Shown here: piece after piece, positions 48,641 to 57,885 of the stretch
Numbering within the stretch: position 1 is the stretch's first letter
How the letters are laid out: each line of letters opens with the position of its first letter
Assembly (NCBI GenBank): GCA_026395815.1
Contig: JAPLXZ010000010.1
Location: forward strand, 70,659 to 134,658
DNA from: Candidatus Pacearchaeota archaeon
GTDB taxonomy: Archaea; Nanobdellota; Nanobdellia; Pacearchaeales; GW2011-AR1
Reading direction: 5' to 3'
DNA: 64,000 bases
The notes under the pieces: generated by a model
The model's input: only the letters and a program-made list of their open reading frames with translations
What the model was told of the DNA's origin: nothing
The model's database searches: none
Translations under genes and position numbers: made by a program

Positions 48641-49012
48641 ATGGTAGATAGATGCACAAAGGAGCAACGAAGTTATAACATGTCCTGTATTAAATGCAGG
48701 GATACAAAGCCAGAGTTAAGATTAAGGCAATTTTTTGAAAAGAAGGGATTTCTATATCAGTCAGATAAGTATGGAAAACCCGATTTTATCAATAAGAAGA
48801 AAAAGATTGTGATATTTATTGACGGCTGTTTCTGGCATAAATGTCCTGAACATTTCAGATGCCCCGAATCAAATAAAGAATACTGGCTTCCAAAATTAAG
48901 AAAAAATGTTTTGAGAGATAAAGAAGTGACATTAAATTATAAAAATTCTGGATGGAAGGTTATCAGAATCTGGGAGCATGAATTAAGAAATCCTATTCCG
49001 GAAAATTTTTAA
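48641..49012 (+). CDS. vsr: Very-short-patch repair endonuclease Vsr
   Basis: RSYNMS, TKPE, GKPDF, FIDGCFWH, GWKVIRIWEHE. Confidence 0.95.
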   Translation: MVDRCTKEQRSYNMSCIKCRDTKPELRLRQFFEKKGFLYQSDKYGKPDFINKKKKIVIFIDGCFWHKCPEHFRCPESNKEYWLPKLRKNVLRDKEVTLNYKNSGWKVIRIWEHELRNPIPENF

Positions 49013-49034
49013 ATCATTATGCTTTGTTAATAAG

Positions 49035-50084
49035 ATGAAAAGGGGTGTTGTTGCTGTTGACTTATTTTGCGGTGCAGGTGGATTAACAAGAGGTTTACTT
49101 GATTCTGGGATAAACGTTATAAAAGGTTATGATTTTGATGAAAAGGCTTCTGAAACTTATGAAAGAAATAATAAATATTCAAAATTTTTTTCTGCTGATG
49201 TTTCTGAGATTAATGGAAAAGAATTATTACGGGGGCTTGACAGGAAAAAGAATTTCTTCCTTCTTGCGGGTTGCGCTCCCTGTCAGCCATTTTCTTTGAT
49301 AAATCAGTCTGAGAAAGAAGGAGATGGCAGAAAGAATCTTTTATTATCTTTTGGGAGATTGATAAAAGAGACAAATCCTGATTTTATCTTTATGGAAAAT
49401 GTTCCCGGGCTTTTGAATGGAAGAGGAAGGAAAATTTTTGGAAAATTTTTGGAAACATTAAAAGAAAAGAAATATCTTTATGATTATAAAATTCTGAATG
49501 TAATGAACTATGGAGTCCCGCAAAGAAGGAGAAGACTTGTTCTTATTGCGTCCAAATATTCTCAGGTAAAAATTCCTGATTCCACACATGATGATTCAGA
49601 AGACAAAAACCCAATTATAAAACTTAGAGAAATTTTAAAAAAATATCCCAATCTGAAAGCTGGAGAAAAGGATTCTTCTTTCCCAAATCATGAATCTAGG
49701 GGGATGAGTGACCTAAACATAAAAAGATTAGAAATAATAAAACATAATGGTGGTTCAAGAGCTGAACTGCCTAAAAACCTTGTTTTGAAATGTCATTTAA
49801 ATCACAAGGGACATGGGGATGTTTATGGAAGAATGTCTTTTGATGATGTGTCGCCCACATTGACCTGCAAATGCACAAGCATCTCAAACGGTAGATTTGG
49901 ACACCCCACTCAAAACAGGGCTATTTCTGTCAGAGAGGCGGCGGCAATTCAGACTTTCCCCGATAATTATGTATTTTATGGAAATATGAGTGAAAATACG
50001 AAATGGGTGGGGAATGCTGTTCCAGTGAGATTTGCACAGGTCTTTGGCGATTATTTTATAAAGTTGAAGAATCAGCTTAATTAA
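49035..50084 (+). CDS. dcm: DNA (cytosine-5)-methyltransferase
   Basis: DLFCGAGG, CAPCQPFS, ENVPG, PQRRRR, REAAAIQTFP, VGNAVP. Confidence 0.96.
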   Translation: MKRGVVAVDLFCGAGGLTRGLLDSGINVIKGYDFDEKASETYERNNKYSKFFSADVSEINGKELLRGLDRKKNFFLLAGCAPCQPFSLINQSEKEGDGRKNLLLSFGRLIKETNPDFIFMENVPGLLNGRGRKIFGKFLETLKEKKYLYDYKILNVMNYGVPQRRRRLVLIASKYSQVKIPDSTHDDSEDKNPIIKLREILKKYPNLKAGEKDSSFPNHESRGMSDLNIKRLEIIKHNGGSRAELPKNLVLKCHLNHKGHGDVYGRMSFDDVSPTLTCKCTSISNGRFGHPTQNRAISVREAAAIQTFPDNYVFYGNMSENTKWVGNAVPVRFAQVFGDYFIKLKNQLN

Positions 50085-51790
50085 TGGCAGAAAACTCTCA
50101 AGAGTTTGTAATGAGCTTTGACCCTAAAACCATTGAACATTTGGGTATCAGGATGTATTCAGCTTTACCCCCAGTTATCACGGAATTAATAGCAAACTCT
50201 TATGATGCGGATGCTGAAACTGTATGTATAACCCTTTTAGATTCTAACGGGAAAAAAGAGATAATTGTTGAAGATGACGGGATTGGGATGACCTTTACTG
50301 AATTAAATGATAAATTTCTTAGAATCGGAAGAAATAGAAGAGATGAGGAAGGAATACAAAAGACTTCAAAAGAAAGAAAGATAATTGGTAAAAAGGGGAT
50401 AGGGAAGCTATCTTTTTTTGGTGTTGCACGTGAGGTGGAGATTAACACAAAAAAGAATGGTAAACAAAATTCATTCATTATGAATTGGGAAGATATAAAA
50501 AATTCTACTGAATCAGAATATAATCCTAAAACTATTTTTAAAGATAAAAAATATTCTGGGAATGAACAGGGAACAAAGATTATCTTAAAAGAATTAAAGA
50601 GAGAAAGTGTTTTTGATGCGGAAAGCCTTGCTGATAGCATCTCAAGAAATTTTATAGTGGATTCAAATTTTAAAATCATTATCAAGCACAATTCAGAAAA
50701 GCCGATAATCGTGGATAATGAAAGAAAATATAATGGATTAAAGAAACAGGTTGAGTGGGATATACCCGCAGATATTGATGTTTCTGATTTAGATTATGGA
50801 AATAAAGATAAAATAACTGGGCATCTGATTGCAACAGAACTTCCAGTTTCTCCAAAAACAAATATGAAAGGCATCACTCTTTTTTCAAGAAAGAAGCTTG
50901 TTAATGCTCCTGAGTATTTTTCGGATAGTACTTCAAGCCACATATTCTCTTATTTGACTGGATGGTTGGAAGTAGATTTTATTGATGATTTAGAGGAAGA
51001 TGTTATCTCTACAAATAGGCAATCTTTAAACTGGGATTATCCAGAAATGGCAAAACTCAGGGAATATCTTTCAAAATTAATAAGTAAAATTGAAAGAGAT
51101 TGGCGTATAAAACGTGAAAAAGTTAGAGGGGATAAACTATCCGAATCCACTGGAATAAATATCTCAGACTGGGTCAGTAAACTTCCTCAGGATGTAAAAG
51201 ATAATATTGAGCCTTTGATTAAAGATGTGTTAAAGAATTTTGAACCCACAGAAGAAACCCAAGAGGTTGATAACAAAATAATCAGGGCAATGCATTCTAT
51301 TGCTCCAGAATATACTTACTGGCATTACCGACATTTGCATCCGGAAGTGCAATCTGTTTCTAAAGATTACTATATTTCTAAGGATTATTATACTGCTCTT
51401 TTTGAATCAGCGAAAAAATATGTAAATGCAGTTAAGTCAAAATCTTTGTCTCCCCATATTGAGAGAGAATTATTAGAGAATGTTTTTTCCATTCGAGACC
51501 CAAAATTATCCGTAACGGATAAATTCAAAAAACCTGATGGCACAGATTTTACTCGGGATACATTATCGGGAATTACTGAAGGACATAGAATGTTAGCGAT
51601 TGCCTTGTGGACTGCTTTTAGATGCCCTATAGCTCACGATGAAGTATGTGATTTAAGGGATTCAGGACTATTTACCTAAAAAGATTGTCTAGATGCCCTA
51701 AGCATCCTTTCGCATCTTTTTAAAAGATTAGATGATTCTACATTAAAAGAAAAAACTGCAAATGATAATACTGAAACCACATCAACTTAG
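50084..51790 (+). CDS. GHKL/MORC-like ATPase fused to TIGR02391/Ymh (HEPN-like) domain; in-frame TAA at 51677-51679
   Basis: ELIANSYDAD, EDDGIGM, GKKGIGK, GTKI; C-terminal DYYTALFE...FRCPIAH (Rx4H); frame continues KDCLDALSILSHLFKRLD to TAG at 51790. Confidence 0.82.
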
Positions 51791-51840
51791 CAACTTTTAA
51801 AAACTCCTTCTCTTTAATATATAGATATATTCAATTAAAT

Positions 51841-51861
51841 CACTGCGTTTCTTTATCCGAC
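51841..51861 (-). repeat. Right terminal inverted repeat of the island
   Basis: CACTGCGTTTCTTTATCCGAC, inverse of 39637-39657 (18/21). Confidence 0.85.
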
Positions 51862-51868
51862 TTCCGCA

Positions 51869-51881
51869 TGGCGGGGGCGTT
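51869..51881 (+). repeat. att core, right copy
   Basis: TGGCGGGGGCGTT duplicate of the tRNA 3' end. Confidence 0.9.
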
Positions 51882-51898
51882 TATTCAATTTCTTAACT

Positions 51899-53827
51899 TT
51901 ACTCAAACGCCTTCAAAACTCTCTCATCAGGAGACAAAAGATAAACATGGTCTTCCTTGAATCTAAGTCCACGGTATATTCTTTGAAGCAATTCCCTCCT
52001 TGCTTTGTCCTTGTAAAAATCCCAGTAATACATTGGATTAGTTTTATTTAATATTTTCCAGAAAGGAGACTTTACGTCGGGATTAGGATACTTTGTGAAG
52101 ATTATGCTGTTACATTGGTCTCCAGGAAAGTCAATTCCCCTTGTGCATTTTGTAGTGAACAGCACTTCAATTTCCCTGTTCTTGAATTCTCTAACATCTT
52201 TTCCTGTCTTGTCACTCTGAATCTCTTTTAACGTTTCTCTGCTGATTGTATTTTTTAGATTGAATTTTTTCAATTCAATTTCATCAGGCAAGTCAAAAAA
52301 AGAATTTATATGAACTAATGTAGGTTTTTTAGCAATTTCAATGCATTTATCTAATGCTCTTAAATATCCTTCTCTTGTAATCTTCCCGCTTGCAAAATTT
52401 TCATATTTGCAGTCTTTTTCCAAACCAGTTTTTTTTATTTCAATGCTTCCTTGTTGTTCTGTTTCCGCTTCCAAGATTTTAAAATTTTCAATCCCAAATA
52501 TATTTCTAAGAATATTTTCAGAATGTATTGTTCCAGACATCATTATTATAACTTTGTTTTTATCCATCATCTCTTTCAGTCTTTTTGCAAGATTTGTAGT
52601 AACAACTTCAATAATTGTATTGTTCTCTTTTTTGCTGAAAGTAAGGTATGTCTCATCAAAAAATTCATCAAACATCCTTGCTGTTTCAGCAACATCAAAA
52701 AGATAACTTTCATCGTCAATATCATAAAGAAATTCCGGATTATCAAGGATTAATTTGAATAAATCATAAACTCCTGTTTCTTTCAGAGGAATTATTTCTT
52801 TTGAAAATACTGCATGCTGTATCCTCGCATCATTTTTAATCTCTTCAATAGTCTTGTTCATATTTCTTATAATAAATTCTGCATCTTCATAATCAGAAAA
52901 AATTTGGTTTAGGGAATTCTGCAGTCTTTCAAGATTTATTGTCCTTTGATTTGAAAAACTATCCAAAAATTCATCACATTCATCAATAATTTCTGCTTCT
53001 GTTTCAGGTTTCCTATTCATGCTTGATTCTAATTTATATTTTAATGAGTTAAAAACAAGAACATCAGAATCTATGAAAGAATTAAATTGCTCATAAAATT
53101 TGCATCCGGCTTTTCTCTGATAAAATACAAACTTAATTCCGTTCAGTCCGACATAACTTCTTTTTTTAGCATTTTCAAAATTCTTTCCACTCAATTCAAA
53201 TTTTTCAGGAAATACTGGACTCCAATAAGGGCATATAGGAGCAATAGAAGCTCTTTTTACATCCTTTATTGTCCTAAAATTTCGAGGGTTAAAACTTTTA
53301 TTTTGTTTAAGATACTCTTGTATCTTTTTGGAGTTTTTTTCTTTTATCTCTATTTTGCACGGGAGAGAAGGATTGTCTGCAGAAACATCTTTTCCAAAAT
53401 CCCCGTTTAATTTTTCTCTTTTTTTCTCAAATATGTCATTCAGCTTAAGATTAATTTCTTTTTTGAATATAGGAATTGCTTCTTTATTATCTTCAAGAAA
53501 TTTGCATTTATGATTATTTCTTCCTGTTATAACGCTTATCTTTAATCTTTCTCCATCTTTGCCGATTACATATTTTTTATTTTCATAGTCTTCTTTATAC
53601 TGGTTCTGAAGAGCTTTTCCAGGAACAACAATGCAAGTTTTCCCTATCTCTTTGGCTATATTCAACGCTATTGCAGATTTTCCTGTTCCACAGACTCCTC
53701 TTATGAAAATTATTTTATACCCTTCTTTTATAGAATTTAGTACTTCTTTTACAACATCTTCTTGTGTTTTTCCATTGGAAAATTTTAAAGGACTAAGAAA
53801 ATTTTTCTCTTGGTATAAACTCCACAT
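51899..53827 (-). CDS. SF2 helicase, XPD/DinG/Rad3-like
   Basis: GVCGTGKS, IIDECD, MSGT, RGIDFP, QRIYRGLR; four spaced Cys (HKC, LPC, PIC, AGC) as in FeS-type helicases. Confidence 0.82.
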   Translation of the reverse strand: MWSLYQEKNFLSPLKFSNGKTQEDVVKEVLNSIKEGYKIIFIRGVCGTGKSAIALNIAKEIGKTCIVVPGKALQNQYKEDYENKKYVIGKDGERLKISVITGRNNHKCKFLEDNKEAIPIFKKEINLKLNDIFEKKREKLNGDFGKDVSADNPSLPCKIEIKEKNSKKIQEYLKQNKSFNPRNFRTIKDVKRASIAPICPYWSPVFPEKFELSGKNFENAKKRSYVGLNGIKFVFYQRKAGCKFYEQFNSFIDSDVLVFNSLKYKLESSMNRKPETEAEIIDECDEFLDSFSNQRTINLERLQNSLNQIFSDYEDAEFIIRNMNKTIEEIKNDARIQHAVFSKEIIPLKETGVYDLFKLILDNPEFLYDIDDESYLFDVAETARMFDEFFDETYLTFSKKENNTIIEVVTTNLAKRLKEMMDKNKVIIMMSGTIHSENILRNIFGIENFKILEAETEQQGSIEIKKTGLEKDCKYENFASGKITREGYLRALDKCIEIAKKPTLVHINSFFDLPDEIELKKFNLKNTISRETLKEIQSDKTGKDVREFKNREIEVLFTTKCTRGIDFPGDQCNSIIFTKYPNPDVKSPFWKILNKTNPMYYWDFYKDKARRELLQRIYRGLRFKEDHVYLLSPDERVLKAFE

Positions 53828-53918
53828 CTTTTTTTGTCTCCAGAATAATAACTTGTTAAAAATTAGTTATAAATCTTATTGCAATAGAACTACATGATAA
53901 TTCTAGTTGTAGAAAAAT

Positions 53919-54152
53919 TTAATCAACCCACTTAACGCCTTTGTATTCGTACTTTGTAGCAATTAAAATTACATCAACAAGCCACCAAATTCCTAATCCG
54001 CCAAATGTAACCAACTTTAATATTCCTGTTCCTATTTTTCCCATCAGATATCTGTCAACTCCAAGGCTTCCAAATACAACTGACATTATCAAACACAAGA
54101 CCCAGTTGACTTTTCTTACCTTTATTGCTCTCTTTTTTCCTCTTTTTGTCAT
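53919..54152 (-). CDS. TM2-domain membrane protein
   Basis: GSLGVDRYLMGKIGTGILKLVTFGGLGIWWLVD. Confidence 0.9.
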   Translation of the reverse strand: MTKRGKKRAIKVRKVNWVLCLIMSVVFGSLGVDRYLMGKIGTGILKLVTFGGLGIWWLVDVILIATKYEYKGVKWVD

Positions 54153-54248
54153 GATAGTATATATCTTTTTGGCTTTTAAACATTTCCTGTTCCGACTAGA
54201 AAAAGTTTGGGACTCGTGCTTATTTTATTTGATGTTAAAAATAAAAGT

Positions 54249-54533
54249 TTATCCAAATAAAGCACTGAGTCCTTCTGCTGCAGCTTCTTTCTTCTCTTCA
54301 GCTACATGTGCTGGCTTCTTCTCTTCTTTCTTTTCAGCTGCAGGCGCTGCTGCAACTAAACTCGCACTTTCCAATTCTTTAGCTATGTCTATTCCTTTCA
54401 AGCTGGCAACAAGAGACTTAATCTGTGACTCGTCTGTTTTTCCTCCAGCAGCTGCAACAACACTTTTCAAATTACTTTCATTAATTTCTTTTCCAAGTTT
54501 ATGCAACAAAAGTGCTGCGTATACGTTTTCCAT
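54249..54533 (-). CDS. rpl12: 50S ribosomal stalk protein P1/L12
   Basis: [11 protein letters not shown]...[11 protein letters not shown]. Confidence 0.96.
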   Translation of the reverse strand: MENVYAALLLHKLGKEINESNLKSVVAAAGGKTDESQIKSLVASLKGIDIAKELESASLVAAAPAAEKKEEKKPAHVAEEKKEAAAEGLSALFG

Positions 54534-54535
54534 TT

Positions 54536-55411
54536 TTAATTTACCTCTCCAGAATTTACTTCAGGAGTATTAGGAGTGCTTTGAGCATTCATTAATTTCT
54601 CAATTGCCATTTCATGTCTGCCTGCTTTTTGAATCATAAATTTAATCGTATCTCCACAAATATAACCAATTTCTACTGCAAATGGCAATGCTTTTCCAAA
54701 AGCAGTCTTTAATTCTTTTAATGTTTCTTCTCTGTCAATCTTAATGTCCGAATATAATTTTTTCTCATTTGAATCATAACCAACTAAAGGTATAAATCCT
54801 ACTGAAAAAGGTCTTATATCTAATTTGTTCATAATATCTGCAACTGCAGAAGAAATTTTTTCTCCTTTTTTTGCTACAACTTTTGATTCTTTGATACTAA
54901 TCTTTCCCTTATCTATCTGTATCTGAATTCCAACTGCTCCCAATTCACTGATTGCTGGACCTGGAACTAAATCTGTAGGACCTGCAGGAATTTCAATATC
55001 ATCAGGAGCTTCTTGTCCTGCTTTTGCTTTTGCAGGACTCTTGTTTTTTATTAGCTCAGCGGAAAGCTCAAAGCAATCCATATCTGAAAATAAAATAGCG
55101 ACGCTGTCCTGGATTTTTTCCTTAAGTTTTTTTACAATTTCTTCTCCAGAATTGTCCAATGCCCTAAAGATTAAGTTTTTCTTAGGAACCTTTACTATAG
55201 CTTTTCCTCTTAATTTTTTTGCTATCTCCTGAAACTGTGAAGCAGGAATATTCTTTATTGACGTAACTAAAATAGTCCTTTTTTTCTTGATTAAATCAAA
55301 AAGTTCCTTTACTGTTTCTTTCTTTACGTTGGACACGTGTGTACGATGTAGTCCTGATTTCTTTTCAGAGACTTTTTCAGATACATGTGTTTTTTTGGTT
55401 TCTTTTGTCAT
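54536..55411 (-). CDS. rpl10: 50S ribosomal protein uL10 (P0)
   Basis: [30 protein letters not shown]; operon with rpl1 and rpl12. Confidence 0.95.
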   Translation of the reverse strand: MTKETKKTHVSEKVSEKKSGLHRTHVSNVKKETVKELFDLIKKKRTILVTSIKNIPASQFQEIAKKLRGKAIVKVPKKNLIFRALDNSGEEIVKKLKEKIQDSVAILFSDMDCFELSAELIKNKSPAKAKAGQEAPDDIEIPAGPTDLVPGPAISELGAVGIQIQIDKGKISIKESKVVAKKGEKISSAVADIMNKLDIRPFSVGFIPLVGYDSNEKKLYSDIKIDREETLKELKTAFGKALPFAVEIGYICGDTIKFMIQKAGRHEMAIEKLMNAQSTPNTPEVNSGEVN

Positions 55412-55412
55412 T

Positions 55413-56042
55413 TTATCTTATTCTTATCTTTTGAGGTTTAGTCATTGTGAATTTTATTTCAATATTTTTTATGTTTTCTTTTCCTTTTGTGAATGCCTTC
55501 AATAAAGCATTATAAACAGTCATTATATTCTCAATAAGCTCCTCATTTTTCATGCTGCTTCTTCCAATAGAAATTTTTATGCTTGGCTCTTTTGTTCTTA
55601 TCTTAATACTATCATTGATTTTGGTTTTCAATTCTTTTATCGCTTTATCATCAACATTCATCAAGATTCCTAATTGAGGAGAAGGCATCTTGCCCGTAGG
55701 TCCTAAAACTCTTCCAAATGTGCTTGCAACTAAAGGCATTAAACTTGCTTGTGCTATGAAGAAATCATAATTTCTTGCCAATTTTTTTAATTCTTTTTTG
55801 TCTGAATATTTTTTGAACTCTGTTTTTGTGATTGTTTCAACATTTTCATTTTTTATTTCCAAAAAAGCGCATATCTTTTTTTCTTTAATTTTATGAGGAA
55901 CAGAAACAAATAAGTTTACCTGATTTTTTTTGATGTCAAATTTTTGCAGATTTATAATTAAGTCTAATGACTGATCAAACTTCCTTTCTTTTTCCTTCCT
56001 AAGTTCATTTAAGGCTGTTCCTAATTGTTCTTTTAGTTCCAT
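55413..56042 (-). CDS. rpl1: 50S ribosomal protein uL1
   Basis: RKFDQSLDLIINL, YDFFIA, GRVLGPTGKMP, IKFTM. Confidence 0.95.
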   Translation of the reverse strand: MELKEQLGTALNELRKEKERKFDQSLDLIINLQKFDIKKNQVNLFVSVPHKIKEKKICAFLEIKNENVETITKTEFKKYSDKKELKKLARNYDFFIAQASLMPLVASTFGRVLGPTGKMPSPQLGILMNVDDKAIKELKTKINDSIKIRTKEPSIKISIGRSSMKNEELIENIMTVYNALLKAFTKGKENIKNIEIKFTMTKPQKIRIR

Positions 56043-56062
56043 GTTAACTTATTTCCTACCTC

Positions 56063-56108
56063 CCACTTTATACGCTAACACTATAGAATCTATGTGCTAA
56101 CGAAGTGG
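56063..56108 (-). promoter_or_regulatory. Structured 5' leader hairpin abutting the rpl1 SD
   Basis: CCACTT-CGTTAGCAC-ATAG...CTAT-GTGTTAGCG-AAGTGG with G-U pairs; GGGAGGT overlaps its 3' base. Confidence 0.55.
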
Positions 56109-56202
56109 TTCTATCGGTAAAATCTTGAGATATTTACGATTTATAAACTTAACTAAAGCAATCACAATAATTCTTATAAATAAACCCCCTTTATCTTTTC
56201 TT

Positions 56203-56553
56203 ATGGAATTAATTGCATTATTATCTTCTGGAAAAGGAACATGGGCGCAGGTTTCTGGCTTGATAAAATATGGAGAATGGGATAAAATAATTTTATTGGG
56301 AGATGATTTTGCAAAACAATTTATAACTGAAAAGCCATTTGAATTTATAAGAATTGATTTGAATAAAAAATTAAAAGATTTGAAAGAAGAATTTCAGCAG
56401 AGATTAAAAGGAAAAATAAACGGAACAGAGGTTGCATTATCTATTGCCTCTGGAGATGGAAAAGAGCATATGGCTCTTATTTCTGCTTTAATTAATCTTC
56501 CTGTGGGAATAAGATTCGCTGCCCTAACAAAAGACGGAGTTATTGATTTGTAA
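56203..56553 (+). CDS. Hypothetical protein (Rossmann-like, MELIALLSSGKGTW)
   Basis: 116-aa ORF with upstream TTATAAA box; SGKGTW and SGDGKEHMAL motifs. Confidence 0.75.
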   Translation: MELIALLSSGKGTWAQVSGLIKYGEWDKIILLGDDFAKQFITEKPFEFIRIDLNKKLKDLKEEFQQRLKGKINGTEVALSIASGDGKEHMALISALINLPVGIRFAALTKDGVIDL

Positions 56554-56554
56554 A

Positions 56555-56658
56555 ATGAGCAAACAAGAAATTTGCCACAAATAAAAAACGGGAGGTTTTG
56601 CATAATGAGCAAACAAGAAATTTGCCACAAATACAAAATAGGAGATTTTGTAAAATGA
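56555..56658 (+). repeat. Tandem pair of 50-nt junction cassettes
   Basis: ATGAGCAAACAAGAAATTTGCCACAAATA repeated at 56555 and 56605, next ATG at 56655; second copy encodes MSKQEICHKYKIGDFVK*; first has internal TAA at 56582. Confidence 0.9.
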
Positions 56659-56858
56659 CAGAAGTTAAATATAAAGATTTTTGCAAAGAAAGTGGATGTA
56701 GATTATATGGACTTTTAACAAAAGTAAATTCATTTGAAAATCCTTCCCCCCTAGTAATAGTTCAAAAAGAAGTTATTGAAAGAAGATGTAAAGAAAATTG
56801 CGAGCATACAGCACATGAACTCTATGAATGGTTAAAATCAAGAAGAACTATTGATTAA
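56655..56858 (+). CDS. Hypothetical Cys-containing protein
   Basis: MTEVKYKDFCKESGC...RCKENCEH; start reassigned to the ATGA overlap. Confidence 0.6.
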   Translation: MTEVKYKDFCKESGCRLYGLLTKVNSFENPSPLVIVQKEVIERRCKENCEHTAHELYEWLKSRRTID

Positions 56859-57844
56859 ACTTCATTAGGTTTTATCTTCATATCTTCCTTGCTCGTGCCA
56901 AGAAGCACAACCCTGCTTTCTTTTTTCTCATCAAGCACTTTATATTCAGGAAGAAATTTTAATAGCTTATTTGAAAAATCAACAATATCTTCGTGATAGG
57001 GCATCTTGTTGTAGGCAATTCTTTGATTTGCAAATCCAACACACATAAATGCTTTCACTTCAACAAACATTGGATTTGCTTTGATTATTAATTTCGCATA
57101 ATTTTCTAAATCTGTCATGTTCATGTCAAGAATGAGGTTCATTCTGAAAACTGTTCTGGTTTTTCCTTTTAGTTTTGCCATGATTTCTAAACTTTTGTTT
57201 AGTCTTTCCCATGCATCTTTTTTTGAGCTCCTGTGAACTTTATTGTAAATTTCTTTATTAGGAGCATTTACAGAGATGTATAACTGCGTTGGAAGCTGTT
57301 TCTTTTTTTCCAACTCACTAATCTTGTTTGGATATAGCCCATTTGTAACAAGAAAACTTGTTTTTCCTCTTTTTCTTAATTCTTCAATAAGCCCTCCAAC
57401 ATATTTGTATGTCATTGGCTCGCCAGAAAGAGAGATAGCAAATTGCATTGGCTCCTGCGCTTCTTTGAATTTCTTCATATTTGCTTTGCTTAGTTGTTTT
57501 TTCTTTGAATTTTTGTCAACCTTAAATCCGCTTAATAATATTTTCTGAGCATTTATGCACCCATCAATAATATCTTTTGGAGAATCAACTTTCCCTTTAA
57601 GCTCGTTGTCTATTGTAAGTTCAATTGCTCTCCAGCAATGCAGGCATCTATTAGGACACCACATTACAGCAGGAGACATCTGGCAGCATAAATGCGACTT
57701 TATTCCGTAAAATTGTTCTTTATAGCAAACTCCCTCGTCTCTAAGGGACTTCTTTGTCCACATGCACACTTGCACAGCAGAATGCTTTCCAACTATAGAG
57801 TAATGCTGCCTTTTCAAAACCTTTTTTACATTTTCTGGAATCAT
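56855..57844 (-). CDS. taw1: 4-demethylwyosine synthase Taw1/TYW1 (radical SAM)
   Basis: HSAVQVCMWTKKSL, CYKEQFYGIKSH, CPNRCLHCWR, SLSGEP, FLVTNG, PTQLY. Confidence 0.94.
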   Translation of the reverse strand: MIPENVKKVLKRQHYSIVGKHSAVQVCMWTKKSLRDEGVCYKEQFYGIKSHLCCQMSPAVMWCPNRCLHCWRAIELTIDNELKGKVDSPKDIIDGCINAQKILLSGFKVDKNSKKKQLSKANMKKFKEAQEPMQFAISLSGEPMTYKYVGGLIEELRKRGKTSFLVTNGLYPNKISELEKKKQLPTQLYISVNAPNKEIYNKVHRSSKKDAWERLNKSLEIMAKLKGKTRTVFRMNLILDMNMTDLENYAKLIIKANPMFVEVKAFMCVGFANQRIAYNKMPYHEDIVDFSNKLLKFLPEYKVLDEKKESRVVLLGTSKEDMKIKPNEV

Positions 57845-57885
57845 GAAAACAACAGCAGAAAAAAGAATTTAAACCTTTCTTGTAA

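Larger units (their letters stand above)
39623..51881. mobile_element. Integrated defence island (~12.2 kb) inserted at the 3' end of tRNA-Ser
   Basis: Direct repeat TGGCGGGGGCGTT at 39623-39635 and 51869-51881; adjacent integrase; R-M-type cargo. Confidence 0.92.

Noticed and set aside
39695..51790. Provirus or conjugative element
   Set aside because: No recognisable capsid, packaging, relaxase or T4SS genes; called an integrative defence island instead.
56555..56658. Tandem repeats as a CRISPR array
   Set aside because: Only two adjoining units with no unique spacers, other copies are dispersed at gene junctions, and no cas genes are in the window.
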